This document shows positions 24,754-39,000 of a stretch of 64,000 nucleotides of DNA, piece by piece. Each line of letters starts with the position of its first letter. Within the stretch, counting starts at the first letter, position 1. The position numbers and the translations under genes were made by a program. Origin of the DNA: Lingula anatina (taxonomy: Eukaryota > Animalia > Brachiopoda); the NCBI GenBank assembly GCA_051362555.1, contig CM120644.1:23024534-23088533 (forward strand), written 5' to 3'. Below the pieces are notes generated by a model. That model saw only the letters and a program-made list of their open reading frames with translations, had not been told where the DNA came from and did no database searches.

Positions 24754-27700
24754 GGACTGTTGTTTCAGACGTTGGTTTCCGTATAGGAGGTAACACAAGC
24801 ATCCAATACATTGTGTTGCAGATGCATTACAAGGACAGGTTTAAAGGTACTGGTATACATGTACTGTATTGCATTGGTTGAAAGCTATTTTGTAGGGTTT
24901 GTTCTCTCTCTCTTTTTAACGTTCACTGTGTTTAAAACTATCAGTTCTCTCACTCTCGTGTCATTACCAAAGTCCAAGTCTAAATCTATTACTCACACTT
25001 GCAATTGCAAACGCACGCACATTCACTCAAATCTACACACGCGCACGCGTAAATGCACATACGTCTGCATTATGGAACACAATACGTACTGCCTGTTGTC
25101 ATTTTTTAATACATTTGTAGAATTGTTGAGAAAATCAATACCGTAGAGCAATAGTAAATGTAACTCAAGTGGATTTCCGTATCTAGCGAGTTATCCAATC
25201 ATGGAATTATACTACTTCAGCTGGACAGACGGACAACTCGGGGGTGACCCTACATATGACCAAGGACCCGTAAGTTCATCTTTAAATTTCAAATGAAGAT
25301 TAAAATAAAAATCAAAATGAATTAAAAGAAAATGTATTCCTAAATAATGTTGGAACATACATCTAAATATCCAACTATCTATAAATCAAAAGCTAGAAGA
25401 CAACATAATTAAGTAATCATGACTGTACCTATATTTCTGGGCATATTATCACAGGGGTGGATCCAGAGCTATTTACTGACAGTCTTCCAAATTATCTTTG
25501 TTGATTCATCCTCCAATTTTGACCGTCTTCCAACAGAAAAAATTAGATACCGTCTTCCGGAAGACTCAGAAGACCGCCTAAATCTTTGAAATTTCATTCA
25601 TAAATTGTTACTATGTACCAAGGGACATAAAATTGACTTCTAGCAAAGCGATTGCAATTCTTTTCGATTGTATAACGCAAACCACAGTTTGGGAGAAATT
25701 ATATATGGAACATTTTGTTTTCCCTAAATCCAGTCAGCCAATGCAAGCAGACTTCTACGTCCTTGGTAACTGGGGACTCGTGCCTCCGAGACTTAATGGT
25801 AAGATCTGGGTTTATCTTCCTTAAAGATGCATGTATTCTGCTATTATTTTTTAACCCGGCTTTCATCACACGTTTGCCACAGTAGAAAAATATGTACAAT
25901 GTGCATGTGGAGTAAAAATATTCTGAATATGCAGCTCCGTAAAAGTGAAACCTGTAACCATTAGAACTAAGGTATACGAACTCAGCAGATGATTAAAAAA
26001 CTTTTAAAATCTTTAAAAGTAGTTTTATGAATGATCACCTAACACTTAACAGATTAGTAAAATTACAAACTTTCATTTTTAATTTTAAATGAAAATCCAC
26101 CTGAACTTAACTAAAAGAAATTAGTGATTGAGTAATTATAATACAAGACATTCCAATAGGTCAATTTTGTCCTAACTTCTAATAAATTTCAATCTAAAAT
26201 AATCCGTTTAACTTCGCATTTTATGTATAAAATCTATCGAAGATATTTTTTATGGATTTAAGTAAATAAGTATCTTATTATAACATTTTTGAATAAAGTT
26301 TAGTCTGTAATGTTTCTGTATGTATTATGACTTGCATATTTCTAGAGTTCCACATGGAGTCTGCATGCAGATGGGATAGTGATGACGTCATATATCCCTT
26401 TGCCTACCGAACGCATGCGCATAATCTAGGTAATTAAAGCCAGTTAACCCTCAAGAGACCAAGCTATTTTACTGACTGAAATGACCAAGTGGGGTCATCT
26501 ATGACCCCATTGTGCTCTGTACAGGGATCCTTATTATAAAAGGTTGTTAAGGCTTTATCACACCCATACTACTCCCAGGATTTAAGACAAGTATTTTATA
26601 ATGATCTAATGTAATAATTATTTGGTAATAATACTTTTATTGAATGAAATAACCAAGCACAGATTTTAGGAACAACATTACACCGGTATTTAGACAGTCA
26701 TTGTCAGTTTCCACTTGCAGAAATATTTCTCTTTTTATTTGCCACACTAAATGAAAAAAAGTAATTACAAAATTACTTTGAGTAAAAATATTTTGATTTA
26801 TGTTGAGATAGCATCCTGCTAACTTCAATAAGAATAATTAGCTGACTTGCTGAGTAGGGAATACCCTAATGCTGGTAAGGAAGTCATACTTCTCAGAACA
26901 CATTCAATCGACCTACATGTATGTTACTACCACAGCTGTGAATAAGACAATATCCACACAAACAATTTGTTAATATATGTATAATATGATATCGACAGAA
27001 TTATTAAGATTTCAGAAATACCCGAAAATTGTAACCATCAAAATGAGAGACCCAGTTTTGAGAACAAGTTCCAACAAAGCTACTGAAATTAGATTCAGCG
27101 ATGCACTACTAGTAACACTTCAAGCACAATCTTCACAAACCACTTATTTGTGCCTATGTTTTGGGCACACTGGCTGGTTGCATGAAGCACATGCATGTGA
27201 CATTTTCCTGTCAGTGTTGCTTGGGCAAAACATTTGAATGAAATTTAAAAACTAATATGTAAAAACCAATGCTTCTCTTTGGGGTCATAAATGACCCCAC
27301 AAGAGTTTTTGATGTATACGCCACACTAATTGGTTGATCCCTACAAAAAACTGTGAAAGTGTGTAGGATTAGTAGACTGACAAACTCATGCAAGGAAAGA
27401 AAATTCGAATAAAAAATAAAGAGATGGCACATTAAATCATATGGCTGGGGTCGTAAATGACCCCACTCGGTCACTTGAGGGTTAAACACTCGTACAAGAC
27501 GTTTATCATAAGCCTGGCAGAGATCCACAATAAGACCAATGGCTTGTCAAAATAATTTTGTAGATCATTTTGTTTCACATAATTATAAACCTGAACAGGA
27601 CTTGGTACTTATAATGATTCAAAAGAAAGTTCGTGATAAATTTGCCAACGTATATTTTCTGTTGTTTTTAAAAGACAGTACTGGTCATCCCGTTACGCTA

Positions 27701-29523
27701 CTTGTATTCTAAGGGATTTTTTGTTCTGTATTATGTCACGTTTACTTAACCGAATTGTATCTCCAGGTGTCGTCACTTCCGCTTACCGCATCAGACGTGG
27801 CGTGTGGACTGAGATTGGACGGATGTCGCCACAGCAACCACAGGTGGTCAACACCAAATGAACCGTTGTTTTTTATATTAGTGCTTATTTATTTATTTGT
27901 TTTATTTTATTTAAATTTTAAAGAAATATTAATTGACGTTGTTTTTTATTTATATTTTTCCAAAGCTGGTTTTAGTAGCCAAATGAGCTTTTTAAAAATA
28001 TGACTGTCAGATATGAAGGTGGAACAAAAGCTGCTGCAAATCTTAATTCACCATAGCAACTTTAATATAAATCAATTTAAAAATAATAAATGTAATCATA
28101 AATCAAGTACATGTACATTTTAACAACTTTGACTTAAAGGAAACTGTCATAATCTGCATTTTAGTGTTCGTGTGCATTTCCCCTCCTATATTTGCAGATG
28201 TTTTACAATGTGACAAACCCTGGAATTGACATCCGTAAAGGTGACATCCTGGTACGTAAAAAGCAACTGGACGAAATGCACGTTTTCATTGCCTGCGTGT
28301 TTTCTAATCCTGGACTATTTTTATCAATATTTGAATAGAAAATTGAATCTGGAACATTGATCCTATAGTGAGAAAAAGTTCACAATTACTTAAGATTTGC
28401 TCCTTTTTTGCAATTGCGTCAGATTTTTTTGGGCAATCTCACAATATGGAACAATACGTGGTGTGCGATAAGTTGCCATCCCAATCAGTAAATAGGCCCC
28501 ATCCGAGATTCATGTCATTTAATTATTCCTGCTTTGTAGTAGACATTTCTACAGCGAAGACATGGTAACATTCCACAGAACAGAAGACAAAATTAAAAAA
28601 ATATCGACCTGGTTCCAGTTTCAGAAAATAATATGAACTAAGCATTACTCTAACCCTTTAAAAATGATGGAAACGATTTCACTTGTTCACGTAACTAGTT
28701 CGCTGTCACTCCATACATGTAGGCAGAGAACTGCGTTTTTTGTCTCCTTGCAGATGCTTAAGTTGTTCTTTTCATCAGTTCAAAAGCGATTCCACTTCCA
28801 TCTTTTTTATTTTATTTTCAAACCGCTCCATCAAGGCCTCGCGTTGCACTATGAACAGTACGAGCCGGGAACATATAACAGAAATAGGGTGAGTTTTTTT
28901 TATATATACACATTTATTACATTTCCGATAACCAATATATACGTATGTACATTTACACTGTAAAAAATACAGCCATAGCTTAAATAATTTGCAATGAATT
29001 AAAGGCATTTAAGGAAAACAGAACCCGTCAGTAAGTATAATATTGTGATATTTATAGAGGTAAAATAATCAAGTCTGTAATGAATTATTTTCGAAATCTG
29101 AGCCTTCATGCCTCTTCCGAATTGTTCTGTTTCGCATGCATTTTCAAATATTTGTGATTAATTTTCCAGCAAAGTGCGTTCTGCAAATGACAGCTCTTGT
29201 TAAAATAAATTTGAAATGAAACAATTTTAAGTAAAACTGACCACGTGTTACTGTATTTTGCTTTGCCCTGTTTTAACAGACCCACGAACCACGACGAGAT
29301 GTGCAACTTTTACATCATGTACGCCACTCATCGGCAAGATAATCTGAAAGTGCAGTACTGCTTCCGGGATGCGCAAAAATTTGCCTGGGAGACCTACCTT
29401 GACAACATTCCAAAGACAGCAAGTTCTTTAGAAGGCGTTCGTCTCCTCATACCGGGAAAAGCCGAAGAAAGACGGAAATTACCGAAAAACCTGACGCAGA
29501 AAGCACAGGGTATAATGAAGTAA
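22199..29523 (+). CDS. PHM: Peptidylglycine alpha-hydroxylating monooxygenase, monofunctional, secreted; 12 exons, 365 aa
   Basis: Exons 22199-22336, 23071-23128, 23496-23583, 24299-24408, 24769-24846, 25221-25269, 25734-25798, 26346-26429, 27767-27843, 28198-28251, 28836-28888 and 29280-29523 join in phase. Signal peptide; CuH ligands THHMMLYGC and LQMHY; CuM ligands YRTHAH and DEMCNFY; IVYAWALDAP. No PAL or transmembrane domain before the stop. Confidence 0.93.
23630..23796. mobile_element. MITE with 15-bp TIRs and a 5-bp TSD
   Basis: CAGGCCCGTAGCCAG...CTGGCTACGGACCTG flanked by CAACC on both sides. A fragment of the same family lies at ~47255-47302. Confidence 0.8.
26448..27481. mobile_element. 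Non-autonomous piggyBac-type element in PHM intron 8
   Basis: TTAA|CCCTCAAGAGACC...GGTCACTTGAGGG|TTAA, plus subterminal palindromes GGGGTCAT..ATGACCCC at both ends. No coding capacity. Confidence 0.88.
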
Positions 29524-29587
29524 TAAACATGATATTACTGTACACATGTATATGATATGTATTTGAGACTTGTTGTCTTAAATTCGT

Positions 29588-31976
29588 TCAAAGTTCGAAT
29601 TTTAAATCCAAATTGATGTTCTTCATTCTCCTGTTGTATATTTCGTTGAATTTCTCATTCTGTGCCACAGTGAAATAGTTCTTCCAGTCTCCCACCGTAC
29701 CTACAAACAGCAAATGTCACATTCAATATTAACCGACCGTGCAAAGGTTTGCAATGTTTGCAATCGGTTTTAATATCATACATGTTTTAATATAATTGGT
29801 TTTAATATAATATAATAAACACTGAATATGCTGGAAATATCTTGTGAAGAACTGAATAAGTTGGATTGATGGTTTTGCAGTGTTAAATGTTCGAGGCTGA
29901 GGAGGTGTTCAAGTTGCTACCCCAGTATTAAGTCTAATGATATACAATGTCAAACAATAATACAGCAGACGAATTAACAAATATTCCAAGATGAATAAAG
30001 AAAATACAATGACCGATACACGATCTAAAACCTCCTTTCGTCTTTTGTTTCGGAAAACTTACAAGAGGCACCACGATAACAAGTAATCAATAATAATAAA
30101 TGCATTTTACTTTTGTGCATCGACATTTACCTTTTCTGTATATCCCTTCACTTTCTTTGCTCCATGCCGATTTGATGTCCCTCTTTTCTTTTTTCATGTT
30201 ACCAAAAGAACACAGCTTGGCTACGTCATCGTAAAACTTCTCTGATCGTTTGTAGCCCAGGAATTCTGCCACACGGCGCACTTGTTTCTTCAGATCCTTA
30301 ATACATTTGATAAACATGAATAAGCGACAAAAATGAAATTAATACATTATGAAAGTTAAATATTAACAACCATCGCCATGAAAAGATCCTGTCATATAAT
30401 ATTTGGTCCAAGCTTGACTATATTATTTATTTCTTCATATTTTAATTTAAATTATGATTAAATTTCCCAACGTTTCAATAAGCATCTTTGATATACCCAT
30501 ATAAGAAATATATGAACGTTCATGATGACGTGTTTAGGGACGCAGGTCCCCCTTCACATTTCTGAAATTCTGAAATAAAGTAATATGTATACAGTGGGTG
30601 AGGCCCCATACTACTTGTGTGCATAAACTATTTTTAAAAAATCTGGAATCCTGTGCTTACCATTTTCATGTCCTCATACGTCACAATGAGGGCGTTTGGA
30701 TTGTTCTCCAGAACTTTCAACCATTCTTCCACGTGGTCGAACCAGTCTCCGTAATGAGCTGTAATGATATATTGGCGTCTTAAAGTCTATATAAATTCTA
30801 GCACATTGTTAATAATTATCACAAACAGACAAATATGATCATAAACGTGGTTGGTAATATTCCGAGATATTGTCTTAGATGTCAAACGTGAAGTTCCTTA
30901 GAATTCCTTACCTTTCCCGTTAGTCACCAACTCAAACGTGCCTTCCCAGGATACCTTGTTATGCACCGCCATGCCTTTCTGATGGTGATAGGCAGACACA
31001 CACGCGTCCTTGGGATTACGAACAGTGTAGATGATCTTGGACTTTAACGCCGCCTTTGGAAAGAGTTTAAAGGGCACGTGGGTATCCAGGACACGTGGTG
31101 ACGTCATTTTTTCTGTCGCCTGGAGCGTGCATGCTTCCGGGAACATGGCGCCTACTTTTACCGAGTCTCTTAATTGTGCTTGTCCCGAGGACAACATCAT
31201 GACTACCTCCCACATCCAATGTGTACCTGGAAGAGAAAGACCACGGTTTGATTGTAAAAACCAGACCGTACTTGTACCTAAATCTACCCGTAGATAAGAT
31301 TTGGTGGAGACAGGAACCTCATGAAACAGCTACATGTACAGTTACATGTACAAGTCCGTTTTCAAAAAGCCTAAATCAAAAAAGATTTTCAGATAAAAAT
31401 AAGCGTTTCTTAAACGTTGGCATTCTTCAATATGATCGCAGAAGTGCAACCAGTGGTACCGAGGTTACAATTGGTATCTTATTATTATTATTTTGTTTTT
31501 GTCTTAATCCATTACACAATGCAGAACTGGAATTTCTACAGAATTATTTTCGGTTCATTGCCCTGCTCATTGGTAATGCCAATGATACCCAATGTTTTAT
31601 TATAATTAGTAATGTTCACTGAATCAATAGAAATATTAGTTCCACAGTACACATTGTTCAGAAGAATATTCCAGTCCACTGTACCTGATTTTGGCCAATT
31701 AACGATCCAGATATCGTCGTTGCGGACCTGAAACTTGTCAATTTGTTGTAAGTTGCTTCGTAGAGACGGGAAAGGCGGCAGCGGGACGCCATCCACGAAC
31801 AAAGTGGACACAATCCCCCCATGGCCGTCGGTAACCTTTTCAATATTTGCACCACCTCCCAGAAGACGCTGTTTCATGAACCCAAATAACATCGGTCGTA
31901 GCTCTGGTAACGTATACAGGTCGATTATAGTGAGATACAGGCGTCTGAAGAACGCGCTTATAAACCCAAACACCAT
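29588..31976 (-). CDS. SULT1-like sulfotransferase, paralogue A (5 coding exons)
   Basis: Exons 31976-31685, 31226-30912, 30758-30661, ~30296-30131 and 29700-29588. Motifs [12 protein letters not shown]|[48 protein letters not shown]. Confidence 0.93.
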
Positions 31977-32680
31977 CTTGAACGGCTTGAATTTCAGCTG
32001 AAATAAGTAATATCAAAGACTCTGGTACGCGTTCTTACATAAAGGACCCAAAGAATATGCAATCTATATTTTGTTGTTAAATATCATACAGTATATGCAT
32101 CACAGACACAATTCTCACCGGCACCTCACAATATTCAGGAAAACAAACATTCGCTGTCTGAGATGTAGTCAAATAACAAAGACTATCAGCGTTGTTTCTG
32201 TACTTATATAAAGAAGGATACACTATCTTACGTGACGCAAAGACAGATTTATATGACACAAAGATTGTGCCACTTGTATTCGTTGTTCCATCACCAGGCC
32301 TACCCAACTACCAGACTCGGCACATAAGGATTCTGAATTAACCGGTATTCACAGATTGACGAAATAATCCAAGAGGGAGCACCTTGATAGAAATAATGAG
32401 TTTTAGTCATCCGGAGCTTAGCAATCACTGCGCTGTACATGTATGTTTATATAAGCAAGGTCAACAAAAGCATTCAGCAATGCTGACGATTGTGCACGTA
32501 GCGTCGTTTTTTTTATTAATCGACAAATACTGGTATCAATGAGTGACGATTAAACGGGCAAATACCATGTTATTGACATATGTATTGTTATAAAAGTGCC
32601 GCATCATGTGCCCATGCATCTCCTGCTTTCCTTATCTACAACACGTGGTTTGAACTACTATCACACCTAAGTTTTTATAC

Positions 32681-32731
<51 letters not shown>

Positions 32732-33038
32732 TAATGAATAAATAAGTTCCTAGTAAACAAAATGACAAACTGTACACAGTGAACATTATACGTATTTGAC
32801 CTTTGGACCCATTTGAACTGACGGATATTACACTCTAAATTTGACTGGGTTAATTTTTGACCCAATTTTTGGGTTGACCATTATGGGTCAAAAGTTGGGT
32901 CAAAATTGGGTCAAATAAAGTCAAATAACCAATTTTCTGTTGACCCAGCCGCTGGGTTATTTTTCTAGCCAATCGGCTTCTTGGGGGCCCTTTTTGGTTG
33001 CAGGGTAACCCCTGCACAGCGCTGGAACAGCAACAGAC

Positions 33039-36000
33039 ATGGAAGCTGTTGAGATACCATGCACTGCCGAGAAGGGAGTTTTTATAGCTAAATTTCTAGC
33101 TGAAGCTGGCATACCGGAGTACAAAGACAGCTTTCAGGGTAAGTTAAGACTTCATAGAACTTCGACATTATTAGGGAAATTACATATCGATGTTAAAAGA
33201 GGTGTTTTTGATCAATCTATCAGCAGGGGGTTGTTGTTGGCACCGTTCACCAACCAGTCCTCGCCTTCACACACTTCACTATGCCGGAAAAATAGCCTAT
33301 CTAGGCCCTACTAGTGTGCAAGAAGAATCTTAACTCGCTCTCAAGTAGCATTTATATATTTTTGTATTTGTTGTTAGTCTTGACTTGCTTGGTTTTTGAT
33401 TCAAATTTTGCGCTACCCACATTTGAGCATTGCTGTTCCGATTCGAGTCTTGTTTTTAGGTGTAACCAAGATAATATATTTATGTCTTTAGAAAGAAGCT
33501 GGAGAATAGAGGGACTTTTAGAGAAACTTAAAAAGCGTCTGAATGTGTTTGACAGACAGAACAGGGGCCTGGCAGGGCTTACTTTAATTGAGGAGCCAGA
33601 TCAGTCATGTCAGATGTCGTGACACAGGCACAACAGCAGAATAGACTGCTGATTGACCCCCCTCCCTGCCTGCCTGGCACTGCCTGCTGGTCTGGCTTAT
33701 TGAGGCTGAGTCGTTTGTTAACTTTTATAAAAAGTTATGGGAGAACAACTAACAGGTCTTGCTTTTGCTTGCCCTAGGCCTAACCTTGGACCTACCATAA
33801 CCTAGTACAGAACTAAACAAAGTACATGTATTGTAAATAATAATAGGCCTACCAAGTCTGCATGTAGGCCTATTTTCAGTTACTCTGTGAGTGGTGTTGT
33901 AGTCTTTGATTGGTAATGAATTTTATTCTAGCTGACTTGAATTAATGGATGTTTATATTTTCAGATCAAGGAATAGACGAAACGGTATTGTCAATTATCA
34001 ACCAAGGTCAAATCAAAGAGCTAATTCCAAAACTCGGAGATCGGGTCAAATTTGAGAAGAAACTGTCAACCTGGAGAAAGTTAAGTACTCAAGGATAATG
34101 GGTTATATGTGCTATAAGTGTCGGCGTATGATCAATGGGAAATCAAAAGAACTTGTTTCTCATTTACGCATGATTCACGCTGTTGCAAATGATGCATGTA
34201 ATAATCAGTTGATATGTTTCCAAGATGGATGTCGTCGAACATTCAATCACACCTGGTCGTTTAGGCGACATCTTGATAAAGTACATCCTATGGATGATGA
34301 TGACGATGATAACAACTTACCAGAGGTTATGCATGAAATTGAAGATATGGATCAGGAGAATCCCAATGATGTGAATATTGAAAATGTTAATGTTCCTATT
34401 ATTTTAGAAAGGGAACTTGGTGACAATGAATTGAAAAATTTAGCCATGAGCTTTATATGTCAGTTAAAAAAGAAATATTTACCACTATCCACAATCCATC
34501 ATATCATTGGCATTTCATCTGAACTTATAGCTGACTTAATCATGTATCTAAAAAGAACAACTACAAATTTACTGAGAGACTGTGATATTGACCTAGAAAA
34601 TGAACAGGTAGTTCCTGTATTATCAAAATTTGACAGGGTCTCTGTGCCATTCTCTGGCTTGGAAACAGACTCCAGACAAAAGGAGATGCTTCATAATAGT
34701 GGTAAATATGTGGCTCCCGTTTCAGTGCCCTTAGGGGTAAAGTTTATCCAGAAAGTTGACCCTCAGACTGGTGATGTCCGCCATGTACAAAAATTGGCTA
34801 CGTCACAATATGTACCAGTAAGGTCAACACTTGAGTTAATTCTGAAACAGCCTGGTGTTATAGAGAGAATGGTTAATTATAATCCACAAAATGACGGTAT
34901 TCTTCGAGACATCCAAGATGGTGATTACTTTAAGGGTAATAGATTTTTAAGTAATGTTGACTGTCTCACCATCCCTTTACTGTTGTATTATGATGACTGC
35001 GAGACAGTTAATCCCTTGGGGTCCAAACGTACAATCCATAAAACTGGGTTTTTTTACTTTACTGTAAAGAATGTTGATCCCATGTTTTCATCTAGCCTCA
35101 CTAATTGTTTTTTACTTGCTACCTGTAAGACAGACGACTTGCGTGAGTATGGTTTTGCGGCAGCCCTTGCCCCTGCTATCAGAGATCTGAGAGAGCTAGA
35201 AACAACAGGAATCCCTCTCAATACTGAGGCTTACACTGGTATCGTTAAAGTTACTATCTGCCAGGTTACCGGTGATAATCTCGGTCTCAATAGCTTACTT
35301 GGTTTCACTGAGAGCTTTAGAGCCAATTACTTCTGTAGAATGTGTAAAGTACATCGAAATGTGACCCATAGACAAATTGAGGATGATGTTGGCATGTATC
35401 GTACCCAGGAAATGTACGAGGCAGATCTATTGCTAAATGATCCTGCTGAAACTGGTATAAAAAGTCGTTGCATTCTAAACGATTTATCAGAGTTTCATGT
35501 AACATCGAATTTTGTAGCTGACATAATGCACGACATGTTGGAGGGTGTCTGCCCACTTGAAGTAAAGCTAGTTCTAAATGTGCTTATACAAGATAGTATC
35601 CTCACTTTAGATCAACTGAATGCTCAAATAAAGGGCTTCAATTATGGGTTCTGTGATAGCCATAATAAACCGACAATGATAACTGAGAATGCTCTCAGAA
35701 ATCCTGATGGTGCAAGTGGGCAGAGTGCTACCCAAATGTGGTGCCTTATGCGTAACTTACCATTAATGGTGGGACATTTGATTCCACATGACAACGAATA
35801 CTGGCAACTGATTACTGCTCTACTGAGCTGCATGGATATTGTATTTTCACCATCGTGTAGTGTGGCTGTGACATACTATCTAAGGGAGCTTATCAAAGAC
35901 CATCATACACAATTCTTAGCCCTATTCCCTGAGAGAAACCTAAAACCAAAGCACCATTTCATGCTACATTACCCTATGATCATGAGGAAGCTTGGCCCTT

Positions 36001-39000
36001 TAATAAATCTTTGGGCTATGCGATTTGAGGCCAAGCACAATGTCTTCAAAAGATTAGCCCAAGTGTCTTGCAATTTCAAAAACATAGCCAAAACAATGGC
36101 ATTACGTCATCAAGAGCAATTGGCTTGTGCTTTCATTACTAATAGTGTCCTAGCAACCAAAGACATAGAGGTTGGTACCGGCTCAGCCCAATTGGTTGAG
36201 TCATTTGACAATCCAGAAATTGTGTCTACAGCATTCGATAATATGCCACTGGATGAAGATTTATACATAGCCAATTGGATTAATGTGAATGGCACAGTTT
36301 ATCGACCAGCTATGATGGTACTTCTAGGTTTGTCAGAAACAGATGATTGTCCATGCTTTGCCCAAATTCTTCATGTTTTGGTTGGTCAAAACCAGAATGT
36401 GAAGCTGTACTTAAAAAAGTGGATAACTGTTGGTTTTGATCAACACTTTCATGCATATGAAGTGACCGAAGGTGGTGATGAATGTGTTATAACTTGTGAT
36501 AGTCTATTTGACCACCATCCCTTGCATGTTGTCACAGTAGACAATACTAATTACATAGTTACACGATTTCGAGCTTTCTAAATTCTGAATCATAGCAAAA
36601 TTTTCTCATGCTGTATCAATATATCAACCTGCTGTAAAAAATGCTCCCTCTCTCTGGCTCCTCCAATTCATCATATTGACACTTGCTGCACATAAAAATG
36701 TTGATATTCAATGTTATTATTCTCCAGTGAATCAAAAAGGCCCTTTTGCATGTGGTGCCTTATAATGTTTTCTCACTGTAGTAATGTATAAATATCAGTC
36801 ATTTGTTGTACATATGAAAATGCTAATTTGTGAAAAGTTCAACTGTTTTTCATTTTAATATTTAGGATGTCAACACTCCTCTCAATCCATTAGAATATGC
36901 TGCTGGTGCTGATGAATCCAGTAATGTCCTCTTATACACCTCCTCTGACTCCTCTGAGTCAACTGCTAGTAGCGAAGCTATTGGAAGGACAGATCGCTTT
37001 GTAAGTAACAGAATAACATACATGTATGGAATGAAAAAAAAAATCTTAAAAGAGATGCATTCTTATTTTTTAATTCAATTTTATTGTTATTTGCAGAATA
37101 TTTCTTCCATTCTGTCAAAGCATCCTCAGGGCTCTGATATACTAAGCCAGCTCACTGACAAAAACTCCATGCTCAATCTTCAATCTCGTCGTTTAATGGT
37201 GAGGATTATAGTCAGTCACCTTATGGAAAAGTATGGCAAATTGTAAGTAATTTCAATTCTAATAATTTACTCTTTTTAAAAGTGTTTAGAAATACATCCT
37301 CAAAGAAATTGGCATAGGAAACTTGTGCAAAGCTTCCTGCGTAAATATTTCTAATGACCAATCAGTGATGTGGTGTTAATTTTCAAATCTTTTTTTTTCA
37401 GTCCATCATCCTCAGTTAAGATATCGTTGGCTAAAGCTATTGTTCAGGAATATCCACGCTTGGGTAACTGGGTAAGTAATTGTCATATAACAACGAACTT
37501 TAGCGTCATAAATTTAGAAGAAAGTTATGTGTCCTTTCATGTTAAAATTTATATTAAGTATTAGATTATTTGAAAAAAGTTTTTCCACTGTTTCGTCAAT
37601 TTGTTATAGTTAGCGATCAACAAGGCAGTGTTAGTGGCAAAAATTTCTTTAAGAACAAGTGTTATTCCATCATACATGTATTTTTGTCTATTTCAGGAAG
37701 CGTGGTACTGTAAGGGTGTCAAAAGCAGACCTGCTACTGGCTTTCTAGAAGAGCGCCTTCGAAATGTCAGAAAAAGAAGTAGTCATGAGCAATCTAGGTT
37801 CAAAAAACCAACGCCACCTTGTAAGATATTTGAATAAATTTACATGTACTTGAATTTCAAAGTAGGACATTTTTCAGTTACCCATTAGAAACTTTTACTA
37901 TACATTGTCAGGTGAAATATGTATCTGAGTTCCTGATTCACATAATGCTACAATGTACTTAAGTTGACTGAACATTTTTTTATTAATCTAAACAGCCTCC
38001 TCAAGAAGTTCCGAAGAAGATGATGAAACAGCTGAGAATGCAACAAAGCTGTCCTGGCTTAAGCATGGCGTTGAACCTCTGACACAAGTGAAGGACTATA
38101 TGAAAGACACAGCTAAACTTAGAGCTTCCCAGATCAAGGCAAACCCAGATAAGTCTCTAGACTCTGTTCTAAAAGACCATCCAAGATTATTGGACAAAGG
38201 AATGGTGAGTTAATCATGGTGAACAATTTTGTTTGATCTAACCTTCCATATTGTCTACAGTACTCAGTCCAAGATGGAAATAATGGCCATAATAGTTTAA
38301 AGTGAGAGCACTTCTTCCTGTATGCCTTATATTTTGTAATGGTCACTGAAACATCACTTGCATTCTATTTATTAATGGCAGTGTACTTTGCCTAAAGATT
38401 ATGACTTCAAATGTTAATATTGAGGTTTCATATCATCAACAATTATATTTTCAGATTCAACTTGATTTCAAACAGTTGTACCCCGAGAATGCTGACTTAC
38501 TTCTAGAAATGTGGGAGTCATTTTATGTTGAGAAAGTTTTAGCATATGGATCTGTTAATAAACAGAAGAACTGGAAGAAAATCCTAAACATCGAGACTCA
38601 AGAATTGACAAAAGGTTTGTAACTCATCATGGGCATTTTAGATTTCAGGGGGTTGTAACTTATTCATTCATCTTGAAATGTGCAGCTGGAGGGCCTAAAA
38701 GAGAGGCCCCAGTAAGGTCAATTATGGCTCCTATATTGTGAACGCCATTGAATTGTAGTCATATTTACTGACCACTGAGCCCCATTCTTGATGTGCAAAA
38801 TATGGCATTGAAAAAAGTCATTGATAATATCAAATGTGATGCATACGTTTAGTTGAGAGTACATTACATGTATTTGATAAGTATATTATTTCTCTTTCAG
38901 ATGAGGAAAGTATCGTAGCCCTTCAGTTACTGCCATTAGTTTTGCCTTCAAGGCCGCATAAACAAGGAAAGAAAATGATCCGCCCAACGACTGTAGAAGC

